DNA of 64,000 nt, from positions 25,360,001 to 25,424,000 of the forward strand of contig NC_045696.1 in assembly GCF_009834535.1 (NCBI RefSeq), given 5' to 3'. The position numbers were made by a program, and so were the translations under genes. A model generated the notes under the pieces. That model ran no database searches and had not been told where the DNA came from. It saw only the letters and a list, made by a program, of their open reading frames with translations. This document shows, one piece after another, positions 23,811 through 37,400 of the stretch (positions are counted from its first letter, which is position 1; every line of letters starts with the position of its first letter). The stretch is from Camelus ferus. Taxonomy: Eukaryota.

Positions 23811-25814
23811 TTTAAAACCAAGATGGAGAGCCCATCCTAAAGCATATATTATGTCATTAGTCCAGACATATCTAGAACATATTTAGAGCTTCTATCAACT
23901 TAATGATCTCATGTAATTGTTGAACACATTAAAGAAAGGTTAATGAAGAGAATACTACAAAAAATTAAGAACACTGATGAATGAGCAGTAGTAAGTAATG
24001 AATGAAGAGTATACTAATGTCATGGGAATCTCTCCACGGGACAGAAGAGGAGGGAAAGCCAGGAAGAGGCAGAGAGGTCGGAAGATTACAAGGAGAGGAG
24101 GAGTTTCCTCGGCTATGAGCAGATGTTACAGGACTGGAAAGGCCAATGAATCTAATATGTATCTTCCTTGTGGCCTTCAAGGGTAACTAAGTTATTCTTG
24201 GGGTTTAGAGAGTGTAGGGGAGGCAAGGAAGTACAGATGATTTTTTCTATATATTCAGGCTAAAAGAAAGGGAGAGAAAAGGTGTTATCTATGAGCGTAG
24301 AGAATTTTGTTTTGAGAATAGGCAAACTTCAGCATCATTTTGAACTGAGGATCACATAAAGAGGAAGAGTCTGAGTTTGTAAGTAAATGAAAAGAGATGC
24401 AAGGAGAGGGAGGAGGGGTGGAGGGACAGAGAGGGTGAGACAGAATGTCCATATAGTATAAAGGCTCAGTTAACATATGTTGTCCTTATTCCTCGTTCCT
24501 CATAGGTATGAGATGTTCTGCTGTAGAAGTCAAACACAGAGCTCTGTCTATACAGCTCTGTCCCCCTCTGTAGGACTGTGTGTTGGATAAATAGATAATC
24601 CTGTCAGTAGTGACTGTTTAGCAAACATACCCAACCTCCAAATGGCACACATACATCAAAGCTGGCTAATTTTCACTTTGATGAATAGATTGCTACCTTT
24701 GAAACTGGTCAGAAGCTTGAGTTTATGATCATGTTCTTTTTGTTTTCAGTAATTTATTTTGGAACTGAAAAACTTTTTATATATTTTCCCTCATGAATGG
24801 TACTTAAATTACATGCCAATATTCTTTCAAAGAATGTACAAAAAATTGATTTTTTTTTAATGTGTGGTGAGAGAGGGAGAGACACAAATTATCTGGCATA
24901 TCTGGCTTGCAACAACTGCCAACAGGTCAGATGGCTCCGTGGTGGTCATTGGTCACTCATAATGAAAAAAAGCACCCCTGATTCTGTTAGAATAAACTGG
25001 ATAAATCTCTGACAATATGCAGTAAATGGGAATAAGTGACCTGAAAAGCAGGCTACTTTATTTTGTGAACCCTACATAAGGTTTTGCTACAGACTTTGAA
25101 TTTTGTAAGTGTCAGAGAAATTTCCGTTCAGGAAATTCCCAGAGGATGGAGCAGTTTAAACTTAGACTTCACAATGGCAGTGTCTGCTGCCGAACTGGCA
25201 GATGTCAGAGCATGTGACGAGACAGGCCGGGCAGCAATGCCGAAGAACATCCCTGATAAAGCTCAGGGAGAGAATAGATGATTTGTTTACAGTGGACAGA
25301 TTATAAATAAATCTGTCATGTTAATCAAGGGCACGTAAATGCTTTCTCTGCCAACTGCATAGTCATTTCAACTGGGGTGAATGAATTACATTGAAAAAAT
25401 ATTTCTCTCAAGTAGTTTTCTCGTAATTGTTACAAAAACTGTCCTTGGTTATACATTATACGTTGGGATATGTTCATATATTTCTGACTTGGCTTTGTAG
25501 TATGTTGTTTATTCTCAACAAGTACTTTACAAGAACAAGATAATTGGCTTAGTGGGTATATGTTCCCAATTAGCCATCCAGACCATCTGAGCCAACCCTT
25601 GAAGACTCTTGTATTGTCATGAGAAGCTCTCAGAGGAGAAAAGCAGAGAAATAAACAAGTGTAAACTGTAAGACTTATATTTAAGAGCAGGGGGCCTGCT
25701 AAGCCTTAGAAATGGAAACCCAAATTGTGCTGTGCATCTGTGTGTGCATATCCGGTCCCCTTAGAGTCCAAGCTAGAGGCCAAACTCTTTGTATGTTTTC
25801 TCTCTTTTTATTTA

Positions 25815-25957
25815 CCAGTCAGGAGAGGGGAGGTGGGAGGGGTAAGGTAGGGGGTGGGGAAAAAAGGATTATTATGGATTATGTGAAGTCATATGTGTGA
25901 AACTTTTGAAAATTGTAAAGCACTATAGCATTTGAAGACTCATTCAACTAAAAAATA
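25815..25957 (+). mobile_element. Short LINE 3' end (L1/HAL1-type)
   Basis: G-rich tract, then gtgtgaaacttttgaaaattgtaaagcactatag and an A-rich tail; family uncertain. Confidence 0.6.
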
Positions 25958-26177
25958 ATTTAGTTTCAAATATTTAAAAATAAAAGATTTCATATATTAA
26001 AAAAAAAATCTCTATTCTCTCATAAAATCTGTATGCATGGCAAAGTGGACCCATATTTGGGATGGTGACATTTGGCTGAAGCTGTCTAGCCTGACACAAT
26101 CCAACTGAATGGTTACTGAATAATAAATTACCTTACCTGCCTGACCCCTACAAGTATTTGAGGTAGGGAGCCCTGGC
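25958..26177 (+). mobile_element. MER102-like hAT-Charlie MITE
   Basis: atatttaaaaataaaagatttcata ... ggctgaagctg ... ttacctgcctgacccctacaagtatttgag ... ccctg terminus. Confidence 0.7.
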
Positions 26178-28805
26178 TCAGCTTTTTGACATCCAAGAAT
26201 TGTCTGACTGCTATTGAAAGCCCACTAGCAAGTGAAGTATTTGGCCACATACAAAAATAGAATTGAATAAATACATAGTTATTAAAGTCAGGTACCCTTC
26301 CAAGGGCTCTTGGAGTCACTCACAGTCCACTCAGTACAATATTTTATCTTTTCCTCTCCCTCGAAATGTTTTCAGTTTATCTCCCTTACACAGATTTTGA
26401 TCTAAATGTTTTAGTCAATTACTCTGTCTACAAACAGTAACAAAGAAAGGCTAATTTAAAGGAAGAGATTTACCTTATTAACATATTAATCAGCATATCA
26501 CTTCTGCAATGTGACTGCTCATTTTTCTGTGTCTAGAGGTTTGTATCTATTCTACGTAAAGATAAGTCAGTTTTCACAGCCAACAGAATACAAGCTACTA
26601 TCAGCTAAATGTATGAGAGTTTGACTGGAGACAACAGTCTGATTCCTACTACTCTTATATTTTAATGAAATAAACTTTGTTTCACCCTTGATTTTTCAAG
26701 TAGTAAGTGGAAATACTAACATAATTCTAAACAAAAGCCAAAATAAGTCTTATATTTAAACATAAAGTATAAGTACATATGTATAACATATGATATCTAA
26801 TAAAATGCATGCTATATTTGTATGTGTCATATTCATATGTATTATATTCATAGGTATATGTTTATATACACTTAATAAACATATATTTCTTTGGACTAGC
26901 TTTACCTGTACTCAGAAGAACACAGGTTATCTTAATAGAGCAAACCAGACATTTATATTGCCCCTCCTCTCCTTCTTTCCTTCCACAAAAATTTATTGGA
27001 CACCTACAATATGTCAGGTGTTGTTCTAGGGATGCAGCAGTGAGTAAGCCAAGCAAAAGGTTCTGCTCTCTTGGAGACTGCATCCCTTATTCAGAGAGCA
27101 CACATGTATGTACGTGTGTATATGTGTGTTTAAAACCGATATTCCTCATTTAGGTTGCATGACATTTGCCGCATCTTCAACACACAGCAAATGTCCTCAA
27201 TGTTGAGCCTATAGTGGCAGAAGTTAAGGTAATTTTTCAAGTGTAATTGAGCCTAAAGAATCATTTAGGACAAAAAGCTAGACTGCAGTATTAAAACAGG
27301 AAGTTTAAAGTACAGATGGTTTGGAATAGGTGTGTGTCGATTCTGCTGAAATGATTCTGAAATTACATACACCATTGTTCCACAAATACTTTTTGAACTC
27401 CAACTGTGGGCTGCACACTGTGCTAGGAGCTGGTGAGGAAGAGGTAAATAAGCCGTGGTCCTTGCCCCCAAGGATAAGAGGACAGCTGCAGGAGGTTATG
27501 ATCACTTATAATGAAAAGTCTTAGGTTTTAAAACAGAGGATGTGAAGACCAAAGGTAGGGAGGGTCACCTTAGTGGACCAAGTAGGAGTGCAGGCAGGTT
27601 TCTTGGAAGAAAGGATGTTTAAGCTAAGTCTTAAAGAATCATTTTTAATTATAGCAACTAATATTTATTTAACAATTATATTCACTAGAATCCACGGAGC
27701 AGGGATTTTTCCCTATGTTTTATTGGCTTATATATCTCCAGCATCTAAAATTCTGTAATCAATCAATATTTATTGAATGAATATACCAGGTACTGTAATG
27801 ATGAATCATCATGCATTTTTCAAGACCCTAAAACAAACCTATCAGGAAATTATTATAATGGCTATTCTCATTTCAGAGATGATAAAACAGGGGATTTTTT
27901 TTTTAATTCTTTTAAAATAAAAAAAAAAGTCTTTTAAAATTAAACAACTTGTTTAAAGTCATGGAGTTTGAGTTGGTGAAACCAGGAGCACGTATAAAGC
28001 AGGACCATGCTAGACTCTGTGCTGCCGACGAGCGAAGGCTCGGGAGATGACCGACAAGAGCCAAAGGCTTAAAAATAAGGCCATGTCTCGAAGGTTCATG
28101 CATTTTCTTCCCAAGACGTGTGAATTTTATCATCAAGGCAATGGCGAGTCATATAAAAAATAATAAGCGAAGCAATGAAACCTTAGAAAGGCCAGTCTCA
28201 AAACATTATCAAATGTTCCCTGGAGTGGCAAAAATTCCGGCAGCAAGCCCAGTTAAGGGTTTCTTACAGTAAAGATACTGAGGATCATGGGAAATGCTTT
28301 CTCTTGTGTGCTTCTTTTTTATACTTTCTGGGTCATCAATCTGTGACTTGTCCCTTTGTGTCTTAACACTCTTGCCTTGTACTTTTAACTTTTAGAAATG
28401 AAATGATTAAATGCACAAGGGAAAAATGCTTGTTACAAAGGATTATTGCCATGTACAATTGTATACATTCAGTCACTATGCAAATTTTACCAAATCTTAT
28501 TTGCGTTTTTCCAGCCCCGCCTTCCACTTCCTTTGCCACACGACATCCTGTTTTCTAGGTAAACTCAACTGCTTGCAATTTTCAGAACGTGCCTTGTTTT
28601 TTGTTTTTGGTTTTTTTTTTTTGCTTTTCGGCTCCAGATTTTTTTTTTTTTTAAGGGAGGTTCATGTTCATTGATAATTCTATTTTTGGGCAGTTCTACC
28701 CACTATTTTTATGCATCTTTCCATCTATCCATCCATTCGATAAATGTATTTTAGGTCTATAGTTATAATAATAAAATATCATATATTATTTAACATTTTT
28801 AAAAG

Positions 28806-28904
28806 TAGTATCATTTGCCTTAATGAACGTCTTAATATAAAACTGTAATTATTAAATAGTATCATTTGCCTTAATGAACTTTTTAATATAAAACTATAAT
28901 TATT
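28806..28904. repeat. 51-bp tandem duplication
   Basis: tagtatcatttgccttaatgaac..ttaatataaaact.taattatt at 28806 and 28857, with 3 substitutions. Confidence 0.95.
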
Positions 28905-31900
28905 CTGGGGCTATTTTAATTTTTGAAATTTAAGGAAACAAACACAAACATATTAGTCTATGTAAAAAATGTTTTTAAAACCTCTGAGTGAAAATGTTAT
29001 TGTAAGTTAGAAAACACATTTTAAAAATGGAAGGACCTTTACTTACATACTGCACAAATTTCATTCAGTTTGTATCTTATAAATTGATTTTGGGTGCATA
29101 GGTCAGTACGTGATATGCACAGTAAACTGGTATTGAAATATGAGCAATAAAAACTTATTGACTATGGTATTAGCTGATATTTCAAATCAAGAATCTCTCC
29201 AGAAGTAATAACTTAGGGAACTCTTCAAAAACAGGTAGCAGAGAAATGATCTACTAGCCTGCAATAGCATACTTTAAAGAAAAAAAATCTACATAACAGT
29301 AAGAGTACAGAATATTCTAAGAAAATGATGAAGCCCTCGGTTAGTGTCAAGATGGAACTCTGAATTAGATTCAACACTGCAAGTTTCAAATGGAATCAAT
29401 TTCTTAGCTGTGAACAGGATAGTTGAAAACAATAGGAAGATAGCGTCTTGAACTATGATTTCTTTTTGAGATTCATTTTCTCTAAATATATTACTGCATG
29501 TGCACTGTTCAGCTTCTATGTTCTGTACTTATAAATCTTAAGTTCACCATTAGAGATTAAAAGATATAACATCCTTCACCCTTAATAAGAGGCATACATT
29601 ATCTCCATATAAGAAAAGACTGTTTTCAGATTTGGTGGTTTGTATGATACATACAAATAAAAGCAACAATTGAGTTTCTTATGAATGAACTTGATAATTC
29701 TTCTTTCCATTTTCCTTTGTTATGTACATCTATTTTAAAGTTAAGTTTCATCAATTACATCTAGGCAATGAGTCTTAGCCTCTCTATTTATTTCACTTGA
29801 ACATAAGATTCGAGAGTTAAGAAAATGATTTCTATATTTCAGTTTGCATCTACGTTGGGAAATGATAGTTACATTTATTTGTAGCTTATTGTTTTCAATA
29901 TTCTACTCTGGAAGCAAATTGCAGTCATTTTTCACTTAGGCATCTACATTCTCTGTGAAGTTAGCAAAGTTCTACCAAATTTCCACAGGTTGGGGCATTA
30001 TATAATAATTTTCTTGAAATAATAACTATTTCATTTTAAAGATGATATTTATTATAATTATTTAAGCCATACCCTAATAACTTAACAATGATAAAAAATT
30101 CATTTCTACTGAAAATATTCAAATGTGCTCCCCCCCATCAAAAAAAAAAAGTTGATTTGGGAACATTTCATTCAAATCCAGAAATGCTATCATCATAATG
30201 GCTCATCTTTTTCATAATATTAAGGCTTTTGGATACTTTATTCAAAATATTGAGATTCTAATAAAAATTTAGTTAACATGTAAGCTATTTTTGCATATAT
30301 TTGTGTATATATTTTGAAACTGATTTATTACAAATTTTCTGTCTTATTTTAACTTAAGGGAGAACAAGAAGATACATGTTACCGATGTAATTTCTATTTC
30401 TTAATGCAAGATAATTATAGCTGTAATTTTTACCAGTATCCTAGACAGTGCATCTAAGATGAAACATTAAAATTCCATTAATGGAATCTTGGCTATGTTA
30501 GCCCATGTAATTTAAGTAATTAAGCCTGTAAACTTAAAGACAGATCCCTAGCCTAATCCTTACTCCTTTTCAACTGTATTCTCTCTCCTTGGCTTTCTGC
30601 TCCTTCTGTAAGTCTACCACTAAAGTAGAAGCCTCCTGTCTAAATAATTATCATCTACTTTTGAAGGAATTCTTATCTTGACCCTCCTTTTCTTCCAACC
30701 TGTTCCACACGCTACTGCTAAATTAATGGATGAAACAAATTACATCAGAATTAAGATTTCTAAGAGCAATATGTGTTCTGTATGACATTTAATGCTTATA
30801 TTCCAAAGTCTGACAAATAACACAGGCAGTGAAGTCCATCTCATAAAGCAAAGTAATTCAAGTTGTTATCTTGTTTACATGGACCATATAGAGAAAAAAT
30901 AGGGATAACAAAAAATCATTTAATTTCAGATAAATAGTCCATGTGAGGTCTTTAGCATACTGCCTAGTAAATAGCAAATAATCATTTAATAATAGTTATA
31001 ATAAATATTATATATCTAGAATGTTTCTATCATTACTTTTTGCATATTGATCCAGTTGTACTTTCTCATTGTTGTTAATGGAGCGATCGTTTCCCAATCA
31101 TTACACAGAGCGCAGATATCTGGCCATCAATTTCAAATCACAACAGTTTCTAATCCAAGCTGATGACTAACGGCTGCCTATTCTATTTATCTGAAAATGA
31201 TTTTGAGGCTAAAACTGGGTTTGAGTATGTTATGAGTAGTTTAGTAATGTCTGCAACACATGAAGTCTGTGTACATTCCACATATATTGTATACCTATTA
31301 AAAAAAAGTATTTATTTAAAATGGAAAAAAAAACCCATAGACTCATACAGTTTCTCTATCGAAATGAATTTTTGATATGTCCATTTTCCTTCCAGTTGAA
31401 AATTTCATAACATTTTGATGCATAGTTTTATTACTTTCTGTTTTAACAGATAGAAGCATTTTTTGATAAGAGGAAGCATAATAAAAGTAGTGAAGACAAA
31501 TGCTTCCTTGAAAAATAAACAAAAATTATGTTACAAGTCTGTGGTTTAAAATAAGATCTGTTAGGAAGACAGCTGATTCTAAATTTATTTAAGCACTGTA
31601 GAGAGATAAATAAAAATATGTATCTGAGCATTTGTATTCAGGGCTAATTTTGTTAGGTATTTTCTCCACAACAATATAAATTTTTCCTAGATGGCAATGG
31701 ACGTCTTTAATAAGATTTTCCTTTTCTGTATATATTTTTGCCTAATTATCAAGAATATCCTTAGCATTAATAATGCAAATCTTAATTACAAGTTAAAAAA
31801 TTGATGTACCCTTTTGGGTACATTATTGCAATTGCTTCCTATGAAGTAGGATTATTTGGATAATAATCTCTTGGGTATCCTGAGTTTTGCTTTAAATGTT

Positions 31901-32739
31901 GTCAGTTTTTTTCTACAGCTCTGCACTGTGGCTTAGAACTTAGTTTTTTGTTCATGAACAGTGAATAGTGAACTTGAAAAAGTCATGAGTTATACAGTAC
32001 AGTTACCTGTATAAATTATTTTATTTTAAAAGGGATAGAGTAGATATTAATAACTCGATTAAAAATTCAGTTAAATTGATACATGTATATTGCTTCTTTA
32101 CATCTTTACTTTTTAATGTAATTTTTTTACATTTAAAAAATATATATATTGAGCTGATGTCAAGACATCTGGTAAATGTTAGCTTTCTTGGTACATTTTA
32201 CTACAAAAAGATTGCTTACCACTTCAGAGATAAAGTAGCTTCTAGAAAAGTATTAAGTAAAGCAACAACTGCCAGTGTTCTCTCATCAGGACGCAATAAA
32301 CAGCAGTGGTTATATTGTGTGTTGCAGAGGATAAATGTGCTTGAAATTTTAGAACCTTGGATTACAATGTGTGATAACCAGGTACAAGTTAAATCTATGA
32401 AGTGCTGTTTTTGATATAGGTTGGGATAAAAGTCACCTCAGATGAACTAAATTTTGATGATCTTCACACATATTTGTCTTGTTTGAAAGAGGAACTAGCT
32501 TGGTGTAATCACAGCACTACTACCCAAGTCTTGCTCAATTATTGGGAGGAATTATGCTTTGGCAGAATTCAGTTTAGTCTAGAAACAGGGATTGGCTTCA
32601 GTGTACATTTTTAGGTGTATAAATTTGGACATGAAGATGTAGGTGCTATTAGGGAGCTCCCCTGAGCTGACAACTCAAATGGGGGCCTGTCAAGTGTCAA
32701 ACAGGAGACAGTTATTGTTCTATACCAACAGTAAAATGC

Positions 32740-32925
32740 CATGTTTCCCAGAGTTCATGTCTTGCTGTGTATTGAAATCACCAGGGGAACCTATTAAAAA
32801 TAGAGATGTCCAGGCTCCATCCAAGACCTATTGAATAAGAATCTCCAGGTATAAAACCCAAAGACCTTTTATGTTTTAAGTAGCCCAAGTGGTTTTGAAG
32901 TTGTACAGAACTCTTGAAACAATAA
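32740..32925. mobile_element. MER5A-like hAT-Charlie MITE
   Basis: gtgtattgaaatcaccaggggaac ... ccaggctccatccaagacctattgaataagaatctccagg. Confidence 0.75.
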
Positions 32926-33952
32926 ATTCCTCACTGAAGTAAGGAAGTATCTCTATATTAGAAACTGAGTCATATTTAGGATGAATTTGAAAAAAGGATA
33001 TATTTTTATAAATGAAGTTCTAGTATAGAAAATTTGAAAATTATAGTATGTATGATACCAAAATAATAGCAGGGGCAGTTCTGTGGGGAGGTTAAATAAT
33101 CATTGTGATGGATTTTATTGGATTTTTGAAACCTTTGTAGCATCTTTGTTATTATGAGCTTTGACATACTTCTTTTTGATTTATTATGTTTCTTAGAAAT
33201 AAAACTTTCTAAAGTAAAAGATCTATATCCTTGTCTTGAGATTACAGAAGGTTGAAGAGAAATGGATAATGTAATTGTCTCAGTAAGAAAGTAACAACGG
33301 AGAGAAATGTCCCTGAAATCGTATGTCCTGCAGAAAGAAATAAAGTGAAGCTGAGTGAGCTCTGGATTGAAGAGCATATCTGGGTCTTTACGACTCATGT
33401 CAGTTCCTCACCATCAACCTTATAGTTTTGTTTTGTTCACCTAGTAATAGAGTGTCAAGTTTTACTTATATTTTTAATCATACAACAAGTAAGTGTGAAA
33501 TTGTGAGGACATGCTTAGATTTGTTAATGGGGATACAGGTGGATAAGAGATGTATAAGAAAAGAAAAATAGGAAATTAAAGCAATTTATTTTTGTTTAGA
33601 AGTTTGATCTAATTAATAATCTATTCAATTAATCAAATATTATATTTTTGCATGCAGAAGAATTTCAAGATATGTCTCTAGCATCTGAAAGTATATAATC
33701 TAGTTGAAAAGGCAAAATTTATACATAAAGCAATAAAAATTTTACAAAGTCATATTTAATTACATAGTTATATTTGCAACACAGATAAAATGGAGGAATT
33801 CAAAGGTAAGATAAGTCAATGAATATGGGAGTAATTGCCAGAAATCTCATTGCATTAAATAAGTAAAATGTGAATAGGCAGAGGGATAGAGAGAAGTTGT
33901 TCAGATGAGAGGAACCATACGCACAAACTGATGGAAGTGAGGTTTATCTAGG

Positions 33953-34507
33953 TGTTACTGAGAGCAAGCTTGTACTGCTCGCCTCACTACAGGCCAGTAA
34001 AAGGAGAAATGTTTATTGAGGAAAGAATTAGCAGTGTTGGAAAGCTAGCAGACCAAGAAGATGATGGACTAATGTCCCAAAGAATCATCTTGCCTAGATT
34101 TGGATTCTAAATTATTTTATAGAACAAAGTCGGGGAAGTGAGGAGGTAAAGTAAGAAGGTGATAAGTTGTTGCAAATATTTCTTGGTTCCAGCTAGACTC
34201 TGGGCGGGATGTGTTAATTTCTTCTTTCTTGCAGCCATTCACAGGTGGGCTTGGCTGGGATGTTTCCTGTGAGCTAAACAAAAGTATTTTAGCTAAACTC
34301 TCGGGTATAGGAGGCAAGGTTTCCATAGATGGGCCATTATGTATACTTTAAACTATAGGCAACATCCCTGTAAGTTGGTGATTAACTTTAAGCTATTGAC
34401 AACATCCCTATAAGTTAGTAATTAAGTTGTAGCAAAAGTGGTAGAATACGAAGATTAAAGTAAAAGAAAGATCCAGTGTGGAGTCAGATTTGTTCTTCCC
34501 TGTTACT
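33953..34507 (-). mobile_element. ERV1-type solo LTR
   Basis: Termini tgttac ... tgttact; reverse poly(A) signal tttatt (about 34011) and reverse TATA ttttata (about 34115); 4-bp TSD tagg/taag; internal approximately 40-bp repeat (aacatccct.taagtt.gt.attaa). Confidence 0.85.
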
Positions 34508-35878
34508 TAAGTATAATGGGCTGAGTAGAGGCAAGGCTGTGTGTGCAAATGTAAGTGGGAACATTTTAGATGATAGAGTCAAGTCACACAAGATTAGGTG
34601 CTAAAGTTATCATATAAAGCAAAAGTCATCATTTTTAAGGCCATCATCAAAATTGGCCTTAAAAATCAATTAAGTGACCCACAAAGGACACCTTACATGG
34701 TTTCTAACATATAACTCTGTAGAGTGTTTTGTTTATATAGACATGTGGTATACACTATAATATCCAGTCAATACTGAGCACGCAGGCAAAATACAATTTT
34801 ATGATAGTTAAACTGTATTATAGAGAGATAAAAGATAAATGAAAAAAAGGAGTCAAAAGTCCTTACAACTGAATTTGTATTTGTTGAAGATACAAAGCTG
34901 CAACCTGTCTTGAGTAGTAAATAAAATAAGTAGAGAAAGAAAGGGAATTAACAGGACAAGTGTCTGTATTGTGCCAGATGCTTTGTTAGTTTCTCTATAA
35001 ATAGATCATCCATTCTTCATAATAGCACCTTGGGAAGAACCCTTTGAGGGGAAAAATCACTGTAACTATTTTATACATAAACTACAAAGATTCAGTGGTT
35101 TATCTAATTGTTGGATCTGGGATTGAAACTAGATCTTTAGGAATCCAAAATCCTTGCTGTGGTATGACACCACGTTCCTTTCCTAGTACCGAGAAGACCT
35201 TTCAACATATTATTAACTTAAAAACACTGAAGATTTCTGAACAAAGTAATGGCATAATAACAATAGGTTTTAAAATGAGGTTAATAAAATAGGACAGAGT
35301 AGAAAGGAGATGCAAAAAGCCATGTCTGAAGTGATAAAATCCCATCCTGTGACAATAACATTAAGTATTGAGAAGTATGTGACTTTTCCAGGGAATAACT
35401 GATAGACTGTCGAGTGAATCAGCTTATAGCTCTTAACTCTAAATCTCTCCACTCACGAAAGTTTTGTTGTATAACAATTGCCTGAAGAGTACACATTGGT
35501 GAATTTTTAAAAAAAAATGTTTTAGAAAAACCATGCTCATACTGTTATATAGTAAACATGGTTTAACCCTGATGGAAAAAAAATCCAGCTGTCTGATCTT
35601 TCTCTATTTATCCATGGGCATATTATTTCAGTACTTTTATTTTCCCTCGATTACTTAATAGTAAAAGAGATTCAAGTTAAGTCTTTTGTTAATAAAATTT
35701 TAAATTATTATTTTGAAGAGATTGGTAAGCAGACCATCAACAGATCACAATCAATAGTAGCAGACCTTGAGCAAGAATGAATCCACATTAAAACTAATTT
35801 TATTCCGTAGCTTTTAAAGTGTAGGAAACTGACAAATGGATATTAAGATTAGTGTAGCCACTTTTCTATATGAAGGGT

Positions 35879-36290
35879 TGTCAGCTTTTTAAAAAAAAAA
35901 TGATAAGTAGTTTAACCAGCAAAATCAAGCTTATTCAGGAATAACCGAGGAATTGCAATTCAGGACTTACAAATTGTGATGATCCATAAGCAAGTCTGAA
36001 GAATGAAGGAGTAGAGTGCTCTTTTATAGAGGAAAGGAGGAAGTTGGGAGGAGCTTTTTGGAACAGAAGTTCAGGAAAGTAGAGACAGAGTTCTGGGATC
36101 TGGTGGCTTCTCATTGGCTGAATTGAGGTGGTTTCTCATTGGCTGGGTTGTTACTGGGCAAAGAGAAAATCTTCTTTCTTCCTGCTGTGTTACAGAAAGT
36201 GAGTTACCAGGAGTGGCACGTGTCTGAGACCTCCCCCTTCAGGGCTTCCTGATTCCATTTTGAATGAGGTTTTCCTTTATTCATTTTGAG
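35879..36290 (-). mobile_element. ERV solo LTR (class I-like)
   Basis: Starts tgtcag; reverse TATA (ttttata) and two reverse CCAAT boxes (ctcattggct x2); ends tccattttgaatgaggtttt...; boundaries approximate. Confidence 0.7.
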
Positions 36291-37224
36291 GATATATGTA
36301 ATTTATGAAGTATACCAATTATAGAAGCCCAAGGACTTGAAAACAAACCTTCATTAATGTGCTGCTGCTTAGCTGGCACCCATGGTTTCTTAATAGTTAA
36401 CAATTTTTTTTAACTTGAAACACACACTGAAATATTTTAAATTGAATATAAAATTGCATTGAAGCACTATCTGAGGATCTTTAGACACTTACTGAACTGG
36501 AGAAATCAGGCTAAGTCTCAATAACTGTTTTCATTTATGCCACTGAGATAGTGAAATTAATATTTGTAGATTCTCTTTATCCTCAGTGGTGAGACATATG
36601 AAAGTGCCCCATCCAAAAGAGGAAAATCACCTAGAATGAAGAATGTTCTTTGAATGGAACAGAATATAAAAGCTCTAAGTACAGTTATCACCTTACGTAA
36701 TTACAGAACATTAAAATTTATGAGTTTGGCAAAAATTGTGTAACTGGTGTGGACACCAAAATACAATTACTTCAAAGAAAAGCACAGTATGGAGAAATTT
36801 CCTTAAAGCTGACTTTTTCCCTTCTTTGCTTAAAAAATATGTAATTATTTTCAAAACTTTGAGAAAATAAACTAAGTATTATAGCAAGATATTGAAATAG
36901 TTTGTTATTACAAATGGGATCCGTCTTTTTAGACACAAGGTAAGTCTTGGTGCACAGTAAAAATATAGCATATGTAAAACATATTAAATATTTTCTATTT
37001 GTGAAATTAAGTTTATTAGACTTATTTGTATTTACTGTAATTGGAACTGAAGTCCTATCAATTTCTAAAATTACTTAGATAATTCAGTGTTCTATGATTC
37101 CCAAATATGAATCATGCAAAACCAGTGTACTAGAAGCTTCCAACCCAAGACTACCAATTTTCTCCTCTGTTCAAGAATTTATTCATTGTGAAGACAGAAG
37201 TGCGCGTGAGACACATTAGTCATA

Positions 37225-37400
37225 TACACTGTTACCTATGGTTTTCCTGTTGGACACATGAGAGATTATATGTCCTCACCTTTCTGAGTTTTGGTATGAC
37301 TATGAGATTTGCATTGGTCAATGAAATATGAGCAGAGATATTTATATGCTGTCTTCCTCTCCGCCACTATTGCAGTGGTCCTGGGACATCTATTCCTGTA
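37225..37400 (+). mobile_element. MLT1-type LTR fragment
   Basis: atgactatgagatttgcattggtcaatgaaatatgagcagag resembles an MLT1 LTR core. Confidence 0.5.

Noticed and set aside
25175..25185. 11-nt match to the miR-34a 5' end (tggcagtgtct)
   Set aside because: The match ends after 11 nt and there is no pre-miRNA-length hairpin.
26128..26140. Strong minus-strand donor CAG|GTAAG
   Set aside because: It falls within the MER102-like terminus.
32214..32262. 22-nt minus-strand micro-exon (cttttctag ... G|gtaagc)
   Set aside because: Frame-shifting length and no supporting partner; such motif pairs are common by chance.
33006..33398. Longest ORF in the track (130 aa), and the other 60-112 aa non-L1 ORFs
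   Set aside because: No recognisable homology, composition typical of AT-rich non-coding DNA, often overlapping repeats; expected by chance in 64 kb.
36931..36945. Consensus donor AAG|GTAAGT
   Set aside because: No convincing upstream acceptor at an exon-like distance.
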